The notes under the pieces: model-generated
What the model was told of the DNA's origin: nothing
Seen by the model: only the letters and a program-made list of their open reading frames with translations
Database searches by the model: none
In this document: positions 46,572 through 58,352 of the stretch, in pieces
Position numbering within the stretch: position 1 is the stretch's first letter
Layout: each line of letters starts with the position of its first letter
Translations under genes and position numbers: made by a program
Assembly (NCBI GenBank): GCA_964019335.1
Contig: OZ025707.1
Coordinates: forward strand, 124,001-188,000
Origin: Diplonema japonicum
Lineage: Eukaryota; Protista; Euglenozoa: Diplonemea
Direction: 5' to 3'
Length of the DNA stretch: 64,000 bases

Positions 46572-48782
46572 ATGGGGTTCCAAGACCTCTCACGAGCGCT
46601 GAAGGGGTTTGGCATGACGGTGGAGGCGGGGAAGGACTACACCTTGTACGGAGTGCTAGCAAAGAAGTTAGCGATGAAGAAGGCAGAGGTGCAGGGCATG
46701 GTCCTGCAGGAACTGAGGCGGAACGAGGCGGAGTACACCCCACTCGTGGAAGGAGGAGACTTCGACGGCTTCTGTGTAGCACACAGCCGAGAAGGATCCG
46801 TCGCAGACAGCCTGTGCATCCAGGCCGCCGCAAGAGCACTGAAAGCCAACATTCATGTTGCAGTGCTTGCAGAGGGGTCCCTAGTAGTGCAGGTCGCTCA
46901 AGGCGGGAAAAAGAGGGTGCACATAGGGCACGACGGACAGGGAAGGTTCTGCTTTGTCGCTGAGCCCTTCGAAAAAGGGGTGCTGAAGACCGTTCAACGG
47001 AAGTTTGAGCTGGTGAAGGTGAGGATGCCAACGACTGACGGAGAACGCAAATCCTGGCGCACCCCCAGCAACAACAAGAAGAGAACGGCCCCAGTGAAGG
47101 AGGACGCCAAGAAAGTGTGGAAGCTAGAAAAGGACCAGTTTCAAGTCCCCTTCATCGAGATGGAGGACATGGCGAAGGGAAAGGACGGCGTGGTGCTACT
47201 GTCTGAGGAGAGTTTGTTGAAGGTGCAGGCAATGAAATGGTCAGGGATCAAGGGGGTGCTCACGAAGCAAGGGGGGGACGGAAGGCTGGAAGTCGACATC
47301 GTCGTCAAGACGGCAACCGAGTACAGCAACAAGACGATGTTCCTGACGGCGCTGAGCGGGAGAGTCGAGCTGGTTGCACCTACAGGCACGGTGGACATAG
47401 ACCTGGGGAAGATGTTCGTCAGAGCAGCAGTTGTGGTCGCGAAAGAGCACGCCTCGCCAGAACTCTGGGAACGAATGGTGAACGGACCGCACGGCCAGCT
47501 GAGGAAGATGGGCTGCCGGGGCGTCCTGAGGGTAGACAAGCACCTGAACGGGGTACAACGAGTCGACGCGCTGGTAACGCTCCCGAAGGAAAGGCTGGCG
47601 GGGATGCTGAAGGACTCAGGGAAGGACGGGGTCTTCCTCAAACTGAAAGACGGGAAGCTCGGGCCGGTTGCGTGGCTTCCAAAGGACACAACGCTGGACG
47701 TAGCGTTGGCGCAGGCAGAGGCGGAGGGTCTGGCGATGCGGGACGGTGACGGCCGCATCGGGATACGGACGACGGAGGAACGGAAGATCGCCATCCTCAA
47801 CAAGGCGATGGGAGAGGGTGCGAGGCTGGAGGGCCAACACGGGGAGCCGACGTGGAAGCTCACCGGGCTCTACTCGGATTGCAGCGAACAGCACGTGGAG
47901 AGGATCACCGCAAAGATGGGATGGAAGGGAGTACCAGTCAGAGGCGGATGGAGCAACGGGACACGGTGCTGGTACATCAGAGGAACGAAACCCCCGACCG
48001 ACAAGGTGAGGATCACGACCCCGACAGGGAAGATCCTAAACTGCAGAATCACGTCGGATACGTCGACCAGACCGATGGCCACCTTAAAGTCACACCCAGG
48101 GCAGACATGGAGCAGAAAACAGTCCTCGCCAGCTGGGGCCAAGTCCTATCTGAACGCGGCAGCAGGGGTTGCTAAGACTACTCCCACCCCTAGCACCAAG
48201 ACTCAGGCAACGAAGGATTCGCCAGACACAAAGGGAAAGGTGCAAAAGAACACGTCGATGGAAGACCGTCTAGGTGCGATCGAAAAAGCGATTCAGAAAC
48301 TCTCCGGCAGACCACTCAAGAAACCAAAGGAGTCGTCGGAGGTCCTGAAACTGAGAAAGGAAAATGACGAGCTACGCCAGGAGGTACGCCAACTACAGCA
48401 GGCGATGACGGAGCTAACAGCCCAACTGAAGGTATTCGTGAAGCAGGGGCAGAGGTCGGAAGAAGCATGCTCCCCGCAGTATGGCACGGAGATGGAAGGA
48501 ACAGAAGATGCTGAGTCTAGTTTGGGACCACCGCCTACGGGGACGGATACGGACATTGAAACTGAAGGGGGAGACGGGGACGAGGAACTGTTGGAGGAAG
48601 GAGACCTTACCATTTGCGTGACAGGAAAGACGCACGTCTTCAACGGCACGTACTCGACCTGGAGGGGAGCAGTGTGCAAGATATGCGATGAAGGGGTGCA
48701 CAAGAAGAACCAGGCCCAACAATGCATAATAAACGAGTGCAGGACCACCGTGTGCCGTAGTTGTATGGAAGGCGGGTGGTGA
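46572..48782 (+). CDS. LINE ORF1: N-terminal pseudo-OTU domain, central domain, coiled coil, C-terminal Cys/His zinc finger
   Basis: OTU-like pattern (GKDYTLYGVLA...ELRRNEAEYTPLVE.GDFDGF...CIQAAARALKANIHV...VHIGHDGQGRF); coiled coil LRKENDELRQEVRQLQQAMTELTAQL; H..CKIC...C...C...CRSC. Confidence 0.75.
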   Translation: MGFQDLSRALKGFGMTVEAGKDYTLYGVLAKKLAMKKAEVQGMVLQELRRNEAEYTPLVEGGDFDGFCVAHSREGSVADSLCIQAAARALKANIHVAVLAEGSLVVQVAQGGKKRVHIGHDGQGRFCFVAEPFEKGVLKTVQRKFELVKVRMPTTDGERKSWRTPSNNKKRTAPVKEDAKKVWKLEKDQFQVPFIEMEDMAKGKDGVVLLSEESLLKVQAMKWSGIKGVLTKQGGDGRLEVDIVVKTATEYSNKTMFLTALSGRVELVAPTGTVDIDLGKMFVRAAVVVAKEHASPELWERMVNGPHGQLRKMGCRGVLRVDKHLNGVQRVDALVTLPKERLAGMLKDSGKDGVFLKLKDGKLGPVAWLPKDTTLDVALAQAEAEGLAMRDGDGRIGIRTTEERKIAILNKAMGEGARLEGQHGEPTWKLTGLYSDCSEQHVERITAKMGWKGVPVRGGWSNGTRCWYIRGTKPPTDKVRITTPTGKILNCRITSDTSTRPMATLKSHPGQTWSRKQSSPAGAKSYLNAAAGVAKTTPTPSTKTQATKDSPDTKGKVQKNTSMEDRLGAIEKAIQKLSGRPLKKPKESSEVLKLRKENDELRQEVRQLQQAMTELTAQLKVFVKQGQRSEEACSPQYGTEMEGTEDAESSLGPPPTGTDTDIETEGGDGDEELLEEGDLTICVTGKTHVFNGTYSTWRGAVCKICDEGVHKKNQAQQCIINECRTTVCRSCMEGGW

Positions 48783-49242
48783 CTGACATATGATAAACGA
48801 CCCCCAACCCCGCCGAACGGCCAACACCCTAACCTAAACAATTTCATCAATCACAATTATAATCATCACCACACGACCACCCGGCCCCAGTCGAAGCACG
48901 ACCCGAGGTTGCTCTCCGACAGAGAATCGAAGCAACTGGTCGAGGATGGGGTGGAGCCAAACCCGGGACCCGGACCGGCGAACGACGAGTTGGAGAGACG
49001 CGGAACAGACGAGCTCACCCTATTCACGCACAATGGCGCGGCCCTAAACAACAGGCTGGGTGAATATGCTGGAGTCCTCCCAGACGTCTTCTGCATCCAG
49101 GAGACGGCGCTCACAGCCCAGACACAGCTGGAAGTGGAACGCGTGCTCAGAGATGACGAATGGGGCAGGCAGTACACCAGATTCTGGGGGAAACCGCAGC
49201 CAGGCAGGAGGGCAAACGAGATCTCGTCGCTAACAATCGCCA
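48783..49242 (+). CDS. LINE ORF2 5' fragment: linker, 2A-like peptide, AP endonuclease start
   Basis: In frame with ORF1 after a single TGA; LVEDGVEPNPGP; no ATG before the APE motifs. Confidence 0.75.
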
Positions 49243-49878
49243 GAGACAGTTAAATATTTTGTTGAAACTCTCGGTCAAGACGCAGGTGTCAAAACCAACG
49301 AGGGTTGGGCACCGTTTCAACTAGCAGCATCAAATGGCCAGCTGGAGACAGTAAAATATTTTGTTGAAACTCTCGGTCAAGACGCAGGTGTCAAAACCAA
49401 CGAGGGTTGGGCACCGGTTCATCTAGCAGCATCAAGTGGCCAGCTGGAGACAGTAAAATATCTTGTTGAAACTCTCGGTCAAGACGCAGGTGTCAAAAGC
49501 AACTACGGTAGGACACCGCTTCATGATGCAGCATCAAGTGGCCACCTGGAGACAGTTAAATATCTTGTTGAAAGCAGGAGAGGTGCGGCATCACGCACTC
49601 TTTCCGTTTCATGCAAAAAAAGAAAACTTGTTGAAACTCGCGGTCAAGTCGCAGGTGTCAAGTGCAACTTAGGTTGGACACCGCTTCATTATGCAGCATT
49701 CAAGGGCCATCTTGAGACGGTTAAATATCTTGTTGAAACTTGCGGTCAAGACGCAGGTGTCAAAAACAACGACGGTAGCACACCGGTTCATCTAGCGGCA
49801 CAGGAAAGCCATCTCGAAACAATAAAATATCTTGTTGAAGAAAGAATAAAAGAAAAAGACTGGCGACAAGAAGGATAG
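49243..49878 (+). pseudogene. 3' fragment of ankyrin-repeat gene
   Basis: Matches the 3' part of the copy at 53640-55328. Confidence 0.9.
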
Positions 49879-50875
49879 AAAATAAAGTGTTCACCAGTGT
49901 GATGTTCGAGAGGCACAATTTTCGTACTCTCCTATTTTTTTTTTTTTAATTTTTTTTTTAATTTATTATTATTATTATTTTTTTTTTTTTTTTTGCATGA
50001 AGAAAAACAATCTATTGATACTGAATTGTTATTGCTAAAAAGAGTAGTGGTGGCATTGTAGGGCTTACCCTTCTACAGGTTAACCCCGGCTGTGCACAAA
50101 CAGCAATCAACCGACTCTTTTTTTTGGAAGAAGTAAAAGAGAAGAAAAAAAACTATAACTATCTTGTTTCAAATCGTACCTGTTTCTTTGTTGTAAATGT
50201 GTCTCTCTCTCTTTTTTTTTTTTTTTCTTTTTTTTTTTTCTCTTTATTTATACTCGGTTGTTTTGTACACCAGGTACCCTTAACGTCATGAAAGACCCGA
50301 AGAGGGCGGGGTTCCTCAAGGACAGTGAAGAGACCACCTTTTTATTAGCAAGCCATTCAAGGCAGCAGGAAGAAAACAAATGAAGTGTAATCAAATAGAA
50401 GAACAGAAATTTTGATAAATTTCGGTGTGCGGGTGGGTGCTCACCGTTGTAGAAAAGAAAAAAAAAATGAAAAAGAAAGAAGTAGTAAACCCCCACAGGT
50501 GCATCTTCAGGAGTTTCAGTCTTGAAGAAGAGAAAAGAAAAGAAAAAAAGAAGAAAAGAAAAGTGGGAAAAAAAAAAAGAAGAGAAGTGATTTCCTTTTG
50601 ATCTTTCTTTTGTTGTTGTGTTTGATGTTTTTTTTTTTTTTTTTTCTGATTAGAGTGGGTCTTTTTGTTTTTTCCCTCGCTCTCATCTTCTCTTGGAAAG
50701 AGAAAAATAAATAGAAAAGGGAGGGCCTCCGATGTTCAAAACCTAAATAGATTTTTTTTTTTTTTTTTAAACCAGGGGCGGAAGTTCGCCAAGAGTGTAC
50801 AGTCCTGTTTCTCGCGGAAACAGAGAACCTACCCCCCACCCCCACAGCAGCCGACCAATCAGACACAGCAGTGTG

Positions 50876-50910
<35 letters not shown>

Positions 50911-51651
50911 CCCTTATTTAGAACAAAAGGAGAAAGGGAAAAAAAAAAAGCAATTGTTTATCTTTCTTCTACTGCCTCCTTCTTTTGGGTACCAAAAAAG
51001 CTTTTCAGAAGGTCCAATACCGGTCAGGGGTGAGAGTGAGAGGACAACATGGAAGTCCGGTTCCCCGTGGTTTCATCCCCCATCCTCATTCTCGCTTTCC
51101 TCCCACCTCTTCATAGTTTACTGTTTCACGAGCGCTCCTTTTGTCGTTGTTGGACTTCAGGGTGAGCTGCTTATATTCCTTTCCTCCCGAGTTTCAGCCT
51201 TGTGAGCTGACCATCAATATTCAATAGATTTTTTTTTTTTAAACCGGGGGCGGAGGCTCACATTCAGTTTACTTTTTTCATTTTTATTTTTATTAGGTTT
51301 GTCCTCCACCTTGAGTTTTTATTTTTTATTATTTTTTTTTTCTTATTTTATTTTTTATTTCTATTCTTACTTTCATTTTTCATTTAATTTTACGTTTCAT
51401 CCCGCTACCAGTCGTGGTCGCCAACAGCTCGCTCACACCCTTCTCCAGGATCTCCCTCCAGCATCTTGTCCGCGCAGCTGTCCGCGGCGGCGTCGTAGGC
51501 AGCGGCCTTTGCTTCCAACTTCGGTCGCATTTCGGCTTCCGGTGTGGCTTGTGCCACTCGCTGTAGTCAGTCTCGGGGTACTCGGGATAGAGGCCAGTCC
51601 CCACGTCTCACACCCTTCTCGTAGGCAGCGGCCTTTGCTTCCAAAAACACA

Positions 51652-51685
<34 letters not shown>

Positions 51686-51722
51686 ACAGTTTCCTTTCTC
51701 CTTACTTTACTTTTAACTTAAC

Positions 51723-52907
51723 ATGATGAGGTGTGGTCTCCTCCTGGCTGCGGCCTGTGCGGTGAGCGGTCTGTCCCTGTCGCCCGCGACGGACAAGGTT
51801 GTGAAGGATGAGTTCATCTTGTTGCTGCACTCGAACATCACGGTGGCGGACCACGATGCGCTGAACGAGAGGGTGAAGGGGAGGAAGTTCTCTATCGGGA
51901 AGGGGTTTCGGGCGGTCCACGCGACTTTGAACGAGGAGTCCCTTGAGTGGGTGCTTGCTCAGGAGCACCTTGTGAAGAAGGTGGAGCACAACCAGGTGGT
52001 GCGCCTCGTGCAGGAGACCTGCAACGCGCAGCAGAGGGACGCGTCGTGGGGTCAGGCGAGGACCACGAACGCTGGGCCGCAGAACGTTGTGAACACCTTC
52101 GCGCACAACCCTGACTGGGGCAAGGACATCGACATCTACATTGTTGACACCGGTATCAGGTGCACCCACGTTGACTTCAAGGACACCGAGGGGGAGAGCA
52201 GGTGCTTGTGGGGGGCGAACACCGCTGGCGGCAGCAACACCGATGTGAACGGACACGGGACCCACTGCGCCTCGACATCGGGCGGGATCCGCTACGGTAT
52301 CGCAAAGGCCTCGACGCTGATCGCCGTGAAGGTGCTCGGGGACAACGGTTCCGGGACAACGGCTGGTGTGATCGCCGGTGTGCAGTTCGTGGCGGACAAC
52401 GCCGCCACAAGGAAGAAGAAGTCTGTTGCGAACATGTCGCTGGGAGGTGGCTTCAGCACGGCGTCGAACAACGCTGTCGACGCTGCTGTTGGCACCGGTG
52501 TTTCCTTCGCTGTGGCAGCCGGGAACGACAACGCTGACGCGAGGAACTACAGCCCCGCCAGTGCCAAGGACTGCGTCACCGTCGGCTCCACCGAGCTCGC
52601 CAACTCGGGCGGCACCCAGGTGGACGCACGCTCCAGCTTCTCCAACTACGGCAGCACCCTCGACATCTTCGCACCCGGCTCCAACATTGTGGCCGCGTAC
52701 TCCACCTCCGACACCGCCTACGCCACCCTCTCCGGTACCTCCATGGCCTCCCCTCACGTTGCTGGTGCCATGGCTCTCTACGCCCAGACAAACAGCCCCG
52801 CTGAGGTCAAGAAGCTCCTCAACGACAACGCCGAGACTGGTATCCTTCAGATCGGGACTGGGTCCCCGAACAAGATGCTTCACGTTCCTTGCATTAGCAC
52901 CCGTTAA
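51723..52907 (+). CDS. S8 subtilase, copy 4 (K54R variant)
   Basis: VKGRKF instead of VKGKKF; otherwise identical protein. Confidence 0.95.
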   Translation: MMRCGLLLAAACAVSGLSLSPATDKVVKDEFILLLHSNITVADHDALNERVKGRKFSIGKGFRAVHATLNEESLEWVLAQEHLVKKVEHNQVVRLVQETCNAQQRDASWGQARTTNAGPQNVVNTFAHNPDWGKDIDIYIVDTGIRCTHVDFKDTEGESRCLWGANTAGGSNTDVNGHGTHCASTSGGIRYGIAKASTLIAVKVLGDNGSGTTAGVIAGVQFVADNAATRKKKSVANMSLGGGFSTASNNAVDAAVGTGVSFAVAAGNDNADARNYSPASAKDCVTVGSTELANSGGTQVDARSSFSNYGSTLDIFAPGSNIVAAYSTSDTAYATLSGTSMASPHVAGAMALYAQTNSPAEVKKLLNDNAETGILQIGTGSPNKMLHVPCISTR

Positions 52908-53297
52908 ACTCGGGATTCGCTGATCTTTGCATACTCTCTTCCCCTCCCCCTGAATGTGTAAACTAAAAAGAAAACGTGTGGCGTTCCCTTACTTGTGTTT
53001 ATTTATTTATGAGAAAACTGCTAACTTGACCCCTAAGTTTGAGAAATGTCAAAAAGCCACCCCCTTAGTTTGAGAAATGTTCAAGGTCTATCTTTAAAGA
53101 GGAAAAAGTTTCTGATCCAGTCCCCAAGGTTTCCCTCTCCCCTCCCCTCCCCCTGAATGATTAAACCAAATTCGTTTTTGATCTTTTCAATCCCCCCCTC
53201 CCCTCCCCCTGAATGTGTAAACTAAAAAGAAAACGTGTGGCGTTACCTTACTTGTGTTTTTTTTTTAGACACCTTTTTTTATTGCTGAAGGAAAGAG

Positions 53298-53330
<33 letters not shown>

Positions 53331-53605
53331 CGAACTTGAAGACCAAACAAAAACGTCTCCGGTTTTGTTGAATCTTTGGACGCAACAACAGAAGAGGCCA
53401 TCCAAGTGTGTTTGTTCTTGTTGTGGATGTGTTTGTGTATTTGTCAGTACGAATTTAACCAGACTTCCCAATCCTTCGTTCGAACATCTCTTTCCTATTC
53501 CTTCTTCTCTTTTCCCTCTTTCTTTCTCTGCAGTTTTACACGACTCGTATCTTATTTTTTCGAGTTCACATCCAATTAATCCCCAACACAGTCCCCTCTA
53601 CCTGC

Positions 53606-53636
<31 letters not shown>

Positions 53637-53639
53637 AGT

Positions 53640-55328
53640 ATGGATCCGTCAGCTGCTGCGAACAACACCACCCTCACAAAAGAGGAGGGGAGGGTTGCCT
53701 TGGTGAGAGCTGTTTCAAAAGGGGACCTTGAGGAGATGAGGGAACTTGTTCTGGAGCGGGGTGTTGACCCTGGTGCAACGGGCAGCGATGGTTTCACAGC
53801 CCTGCACTATGCAGCTCGCGAAAACAACTGTGTCGAGGCTGTGGCTGCTCTCGTCTCTTCTTACCACCAGGACCCTGGTGTGAAAAGCAACGATGGTTGG
53901 ACACCGGTTCATCTAGCAGCACAGGAAGGCCAGCTGGAAACAGTTAAATATCTTATTGAAACTTGCGGTAGCGACGTAGGTGTCAAAAACAACGACAGTA
54001 GGACACCGGTTCACGAAGCAGCAGTTAACGGCCATCTTGAGACGGTTAAATATCTAGTTGAAACTCTTGGTCAAGACGCAGGTGTCAAATGCAACTTAGG
54101 TTTTACACCGCTTCATGATGCAGCATCAAACGGCCACCTGGAGACAGTTAAATATCTTGAAAAGTCTCGTTCCCGAAAAAAAAAGAGGAATGGAAAACTT
54201 GTTAAAACTCGCGGTGGCAACAAAGGTGTGAGCAGCAACGACGGTTGGACACCGGTTCATCTAGCAGCAGAGTACGGCCACCTGGAGACTGTTAAATATC
54301 TTGTTGAAACTCTTGGTCAAGACGCTGGTGCGAAAAGCGAAGACGGTAGGACACCGATACATGAAGCAGCATTAGGAGGCCAGCTGGAGACAGTTAAATA
54401 TCTTGTTGAAGCTTGCGGTCAAGACGCAGGTGTCAAATGCAAAGACGGTAGGACACCGGTTTATCACGCTGCATTAAGGGGCCATGTGAAGACGGTTAAA
54501 TATCTTGTTGAAACTCTCGGTCAAGACGCAGGTGTCAAAAGCAACTACGGTAGGACACCGCTTCATGAAGCAGCATTAAGGAGCCACCTGGAGACAGTAA
54601 AATATCTTGTTGAAACTCTCGGTCAAGACGCAGGTGTCAAAAACAAAGACGGTTTTACACCGCTTCATGAAGCAGCATTAAAGGGCCATCTGGAGACAGT
54701 TAAATATTTTGTTGAAACTCTCGGTCAAGACGCAGGTGTCAAAACCAACGAGGGTTGGGCACCGTTTCAACTAGCAGCATCAAATGGCCAGCTGGAGACA
54801 GTAAAATATTTTGTTGAAACTCTCGGTCAAGACGCAGGTGTCAAAACCAACGAGGGTTGGGCACCGGTTCATCTAGCAGCATCAAGTGGCCAGCTGGAGA
54901 CAGTAAAATATCTTGTTGAAACTCTCGGTCAAGACGCAGGTGTCAAAAGCAACTACGGTAGGACACCGCTTCATGATGCAGCATCAAGTGGCCACCTGGA
55001 GACAGTTAAATATCTTGTTGAAAGCAGGAGAGGTGCGGCATCACGCACTCTTTCCGTTTCATGCAAAAAAAGAAAACTTGTTGAAACTCGCGGTCAAGTC
55101 GCAGGTGTCAAGTGCAACTTAGGTTGGACACCGCTTCATTATGCAGCATTCAAGGGCCATCTTGAGACGGTTAAATATCTTGTTGAAACTTGCGGTCAAG
55201 ACGCAGGTGTCAAAAACAACGACGGTAGCACACCGGTTCATCTAGCGGCACAGGAAAGCCATCTCGAAACAATAAAATATCTTGTTGAAGAAAGAATAAA
55301 AGAAAAAGACTGGCGACAAGAAGGATAG
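53640..55328 (+). CDS. Ankyrin-repeat protein (562 aa)
   Basis: 34-aa repeats with variable residues distinct from copy 1. Confidence 0.9.
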   Translation: MDPSAAANNTTLTKEEGRVALVRAVSKGDLEEMRELVLERGVDPGATGSDGFTALHYAARENNCVEAVAALVSSYHQDPGVKSNDGWTPVHLAAQEGQLETVKYLIETCGSDVGVKNNDSRTPVHEAAVNGHLETVKYLVETLGQDAGVKCNLGFTPLHDAASNGHLETVKYLEKSRSRKKKRNGKLVKTRGGNKGVSSNDGWTPVHLAAEYGHLETVKYLVETLGQDAGAKSEDGRTPIHEAALGGQLETVKYLVEACGQDAGVKCKDGRTPVYHAALRGHVKTVKYLVETLGQDAGVKSNYGRTPLHEAALRSHLETVKYLVETLGQDAGVKNKDGFTPLHEAALKGHLETVKYFVETLGQDAGVKTNEGWAPFQLAASNGQLETVKYFVETLGQDAGVKTNEGWAPVHLAASSGQLETVKYLVETLGQDAGVKSNYGRTPLHDAASSGHLETVKYLVESRRGAASRTLSVSCKKRKLVETRGQVAGVKCNLGWTPLHYAAFKGHLETVKYLVETCGQDAGVKNNDGSTPVHLAAQESHLETIKYLVEERIKEKDWRQEG

Positions 55329-56320
55329 AAAATAAAGTGTTCACCAGTGTGATGTTCGAGAGGCACAATTTTCGTACTCTCCTATTTTTTTTTTTTTAAT
55401 TTTTTTTTTAATTTATTATTATTATTATTTTTTTTTTTTTTTTTGCATGAAGAAAAACAATCTATTGATACTGAATTGTTATTGCTAAAAAGAGTAGTGG
55501 TGGCATTGTAGGGCTTACCCTTCTACAGGTTAACCCCGGCTGTGCACAAACAGCAATCAACCGACTCTTTTTTTTGGAAGAAGTAAAAGAGAAGAAAAAA
55601 AACTATAACTATCTTGTTTCAAATCGTACCTGTTTCTTTGTTGTAAATGTGTCTCTCTCTCTTTTTTTTTTTTTTTCTTTTTTTTTTTTCTCTTTATTTA
55701 TACTCGGTTGTTTTGTACACCAGGTACCCTTAACGTCATGAAAGACCCGAAGAGGGCGGGGTTCCTCAAGGACAGTGAAGAGACCACCTTTTTATTAGCA
55801 AGCCATTCAAGGCAGCAGGAAGAAAACAAATGAAGTGTAATCAAATAGAAGAACAGAAATTTTGATAAATTTCGGTGTGCGGGTGGGTGCTCACCGTTGT
55901 AGAAAAGAAAAAAAAAATGAAAAAGAAAGAAGTAGTAAACCCCCACAGGTGCATCTTCAGGAGTTTCAGTCTTGAAGAAGAGAAAAGAAAAGAAAAAAAG
56001 AAGAAAAGAAAAGGGGGGAAAAAAAAAAGAAGAGAAGTGATTTCCTTTTGATCTTTCTTTTGTTGTTGTGTTTGATGTTTTTTTTTTTTTCTGATTAGAG
56101 TGGGTCTTTTTGTTTTTTCCCTCGCTCTCATCTTCTCTTGGAAAGAGAAAAATAAATAGAAAAGGGAGGGCCTCCGATGTTCAAAACCTAAATAGATTTT
56201 TTTTTTTTTTTTTAAACCAGGGGCGGAAGTTCGCCAAGAGTGTACAGTCCTGTTTCTCGCGGAAACAGAGAACCTACCCCCCACCCCCACAGCAGCCGAC
56301 CAATCAGACACAGCAGTGTG

Positions 56321-56355
<35 letters not shown>

Positions 56356-57096
56356 CCCTTATTTAGAACAAAAGGAGAAAGGGAAAAAAAAAAAGCAATT
56401 GTTTATCTTTCTTCTACTGCCTCCTTCTTTTGGGTACCAAAAAAGCTTTTCAGAAGGTCCAATACCGGTCAGGGGTGAGAGTGAGAGGACAACATGGAAG
56501 TCCGGTTCCCCGTGGTTTCATCCCCCATCCTCATTCTCGCTTTCCTCCCACCTCTTCATAGTTTACTGTTTCACGAGCGCTCCTTTTGTCGTTGTTGGAC
56601 TTCAGGGTGAGCTGCTTATATTCCTTTCCTCCCGAGTTTCAGCCTTGTGAGCTGACCATCAATATTCAATAGATTTTTTTTTTTTAAACCGGGGGCGGAG
56701 GCTCACATTCAGTTTACTTTTTTCATTTTTATTTTTATTAGGTTTGTCCTCCACCTTGAGTTTTTATTTTTTATTATTTTTTTTTTCTTATTTTATTTTT
56801 TATTTCTATTCTTACTTTCATTTTTCATTTAATTTTACGTTTCATCCCGCTACCAGTCGTGGTCGCCAACAGCTCGCTCACACCCTTCTCCAGGATCTCC
56901 CTCCAGCATCTTGTCCGCGCAGCTGTCCGCGGCGGCGTCGTAGGCAGCGGCCTTTGCTTCCAACTTCGGTCGCATTTCGGCTTCCGGTGTGGCTTGTGCC
57001 ACTCGCTGTAGTCAGTCTCGGGGTACTCGGGATAGAGGCCAGTCCCCACGTCTCACACCCTTCTCGTAGGCAGCGGCCTTTGCTTCCAAAAACACA

Positions 57097-57130
<34 letters not shown>

Positions 57131-57167
57131 ACAGTTTCCTTTCTCCTTACTTTACTTTTAACTTAAC

Positions 57168-58352
57168 ATGATGAGGTGTGGTCTCCTCCTGGCTGCGGCC
57201 TGTGCGGTGAGCGGTCTGTCCCTGTCGCCCGCGACGGACAAGGTTGTGAAGGATGAGTTCATCTTGTTGCTGCACTCGAACATCACGGTGGCGGACCACG
57301 ATGCGCTGAACGAGAGGGTGAAGGGGAGGAAGTTCTCTATCGGGAAGGGGTTTCGGGCGGTCCACGCGACTTTGAACGAGGAGTCCCTTGAGTGGGTGCT
57401 TGCTCAGGAGCACCTTGTGAAGAAGGTGGAGCACAACCAGGTGGTGCGCCTCGTGCAGGAGACCTGCAACGCGCAGCAGAGGGACGCGTCGTGGGGTCAG
57501 GCGAGGACCACGAACGCTGGGCCGCAGAACGTTGTGAACACCTTCGCGCACAACCCTGACTGGGGCAAGGACATCGACATCTACATTGTTGACACCGGTA
57601 TCAGGTGCACCCACGTTGACTTCAAGGACACCGAGGGGGAGAGCAGGTGCTTGTGGGGGGCGAACACCGCTGGCGGCAGCAACACCGATGTGAACGGACA
57701 CGGGACCCACTGCGCCTCGACATCGGGCGGGATCCGCTACGGTATCGCAAAGGCCTCGACGCTGATCGCCGTGAAGGTGCTCGGGGACAACGGTTCCGGG
57801 ACAACGGCTGGTGTGATCGCCGGTGTGCAGTTCGTGGCGGACAACGCCGCCACAAGGAAGAAGAAGTCTGTTGCGAACATGTCGCTGGGAGGTGGCTTCA
57901 GCACGGCGTCGAACAACGCTGTCGACGCTGCTGTTGGCACCGGTGTTTCCTTCGCTGTGGCAGCCGGGAACGACAACGCTGACGCGAGGAACTACAGCCC
58001 CGCCAGTGCCAAGGACTGCGTCACCGTCGGCTCCACCGAGCTCGCCAACTCGGGCGGCACCCAGGTGGACGCACGCTCCAGCTTCTCCAACTACGGCAGC
58101 ACCCTCGACATCTTCGCACCCGGCTCCAACATTGTGGCCGCGTACTCCACCTCCGACACCGCCTACGCCACCCTCTCCGGTACCTCCATGGCCTCCCCTC
58201 ACGTTGCTGGTGCCATGGCTCTCTACGCCCAGACAAACAGCCCCGCTGAGGTCAAGAAGCTCCTCAACGACAACGCCGAGACTGGTATCCTTCAGATCGG
58301 GACTGGGTCCCCGAACAAGATGCTTCACGTTCCTTGCATTAGCACCCGTTAA
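57168..58352 (+). CDS. S8 subtilase, copy 5 (K54R variant)
   Basis: Protein identical to copy 4. Confidence 0.95.
   Translation: MMRCGLLLAAACAVSGLSLSPATDKVVKDEFILLLHSNITVADHDALNERVKGRKFSIGKGFRAVHATLNEESLEWVLAQEHLVKKVEHNQVVRLVQETCNAQQRDASWGQARTTNAGPQNVVNTFAHNPDWGKDIDIYIVDTGIRCTHVDFKDTEGESRCLWGANTAGGSNTDVNGHGTHCASTSGGIRYGIAKASTLIAVKVLGDNGSGTTAGVIAGVQFVADNAATRKKKSVANMSLGGGFSTASNNAVDAAVGTGVSFAVAAGNDNADARNYSPASAKDCVTVGSTELANSGGTQVDARSSFSNYGSTLDIFAPGSNIVAAYSTSDTAYATLSGTSMASPHVAGAMALYAQTNSPAEVKKLLNDNAETGILQIGTGSPNKMLHVPCISTR

Larger units (their letters stand above)
46285..49242 (+). mobile_element. 5' part of a LINE (5' UTR, ORF1, start of APE ORF2), 3'-truncated and joined to an ankyrin gene interior
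   Basis: Absent from the homologous spacer in other units; purine-rich 5' UTR; APE motifs THNG and DVFCIQET; junction to GAGACAGTTAAATAT of ANK at about 49243. Confidence 0.85.
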
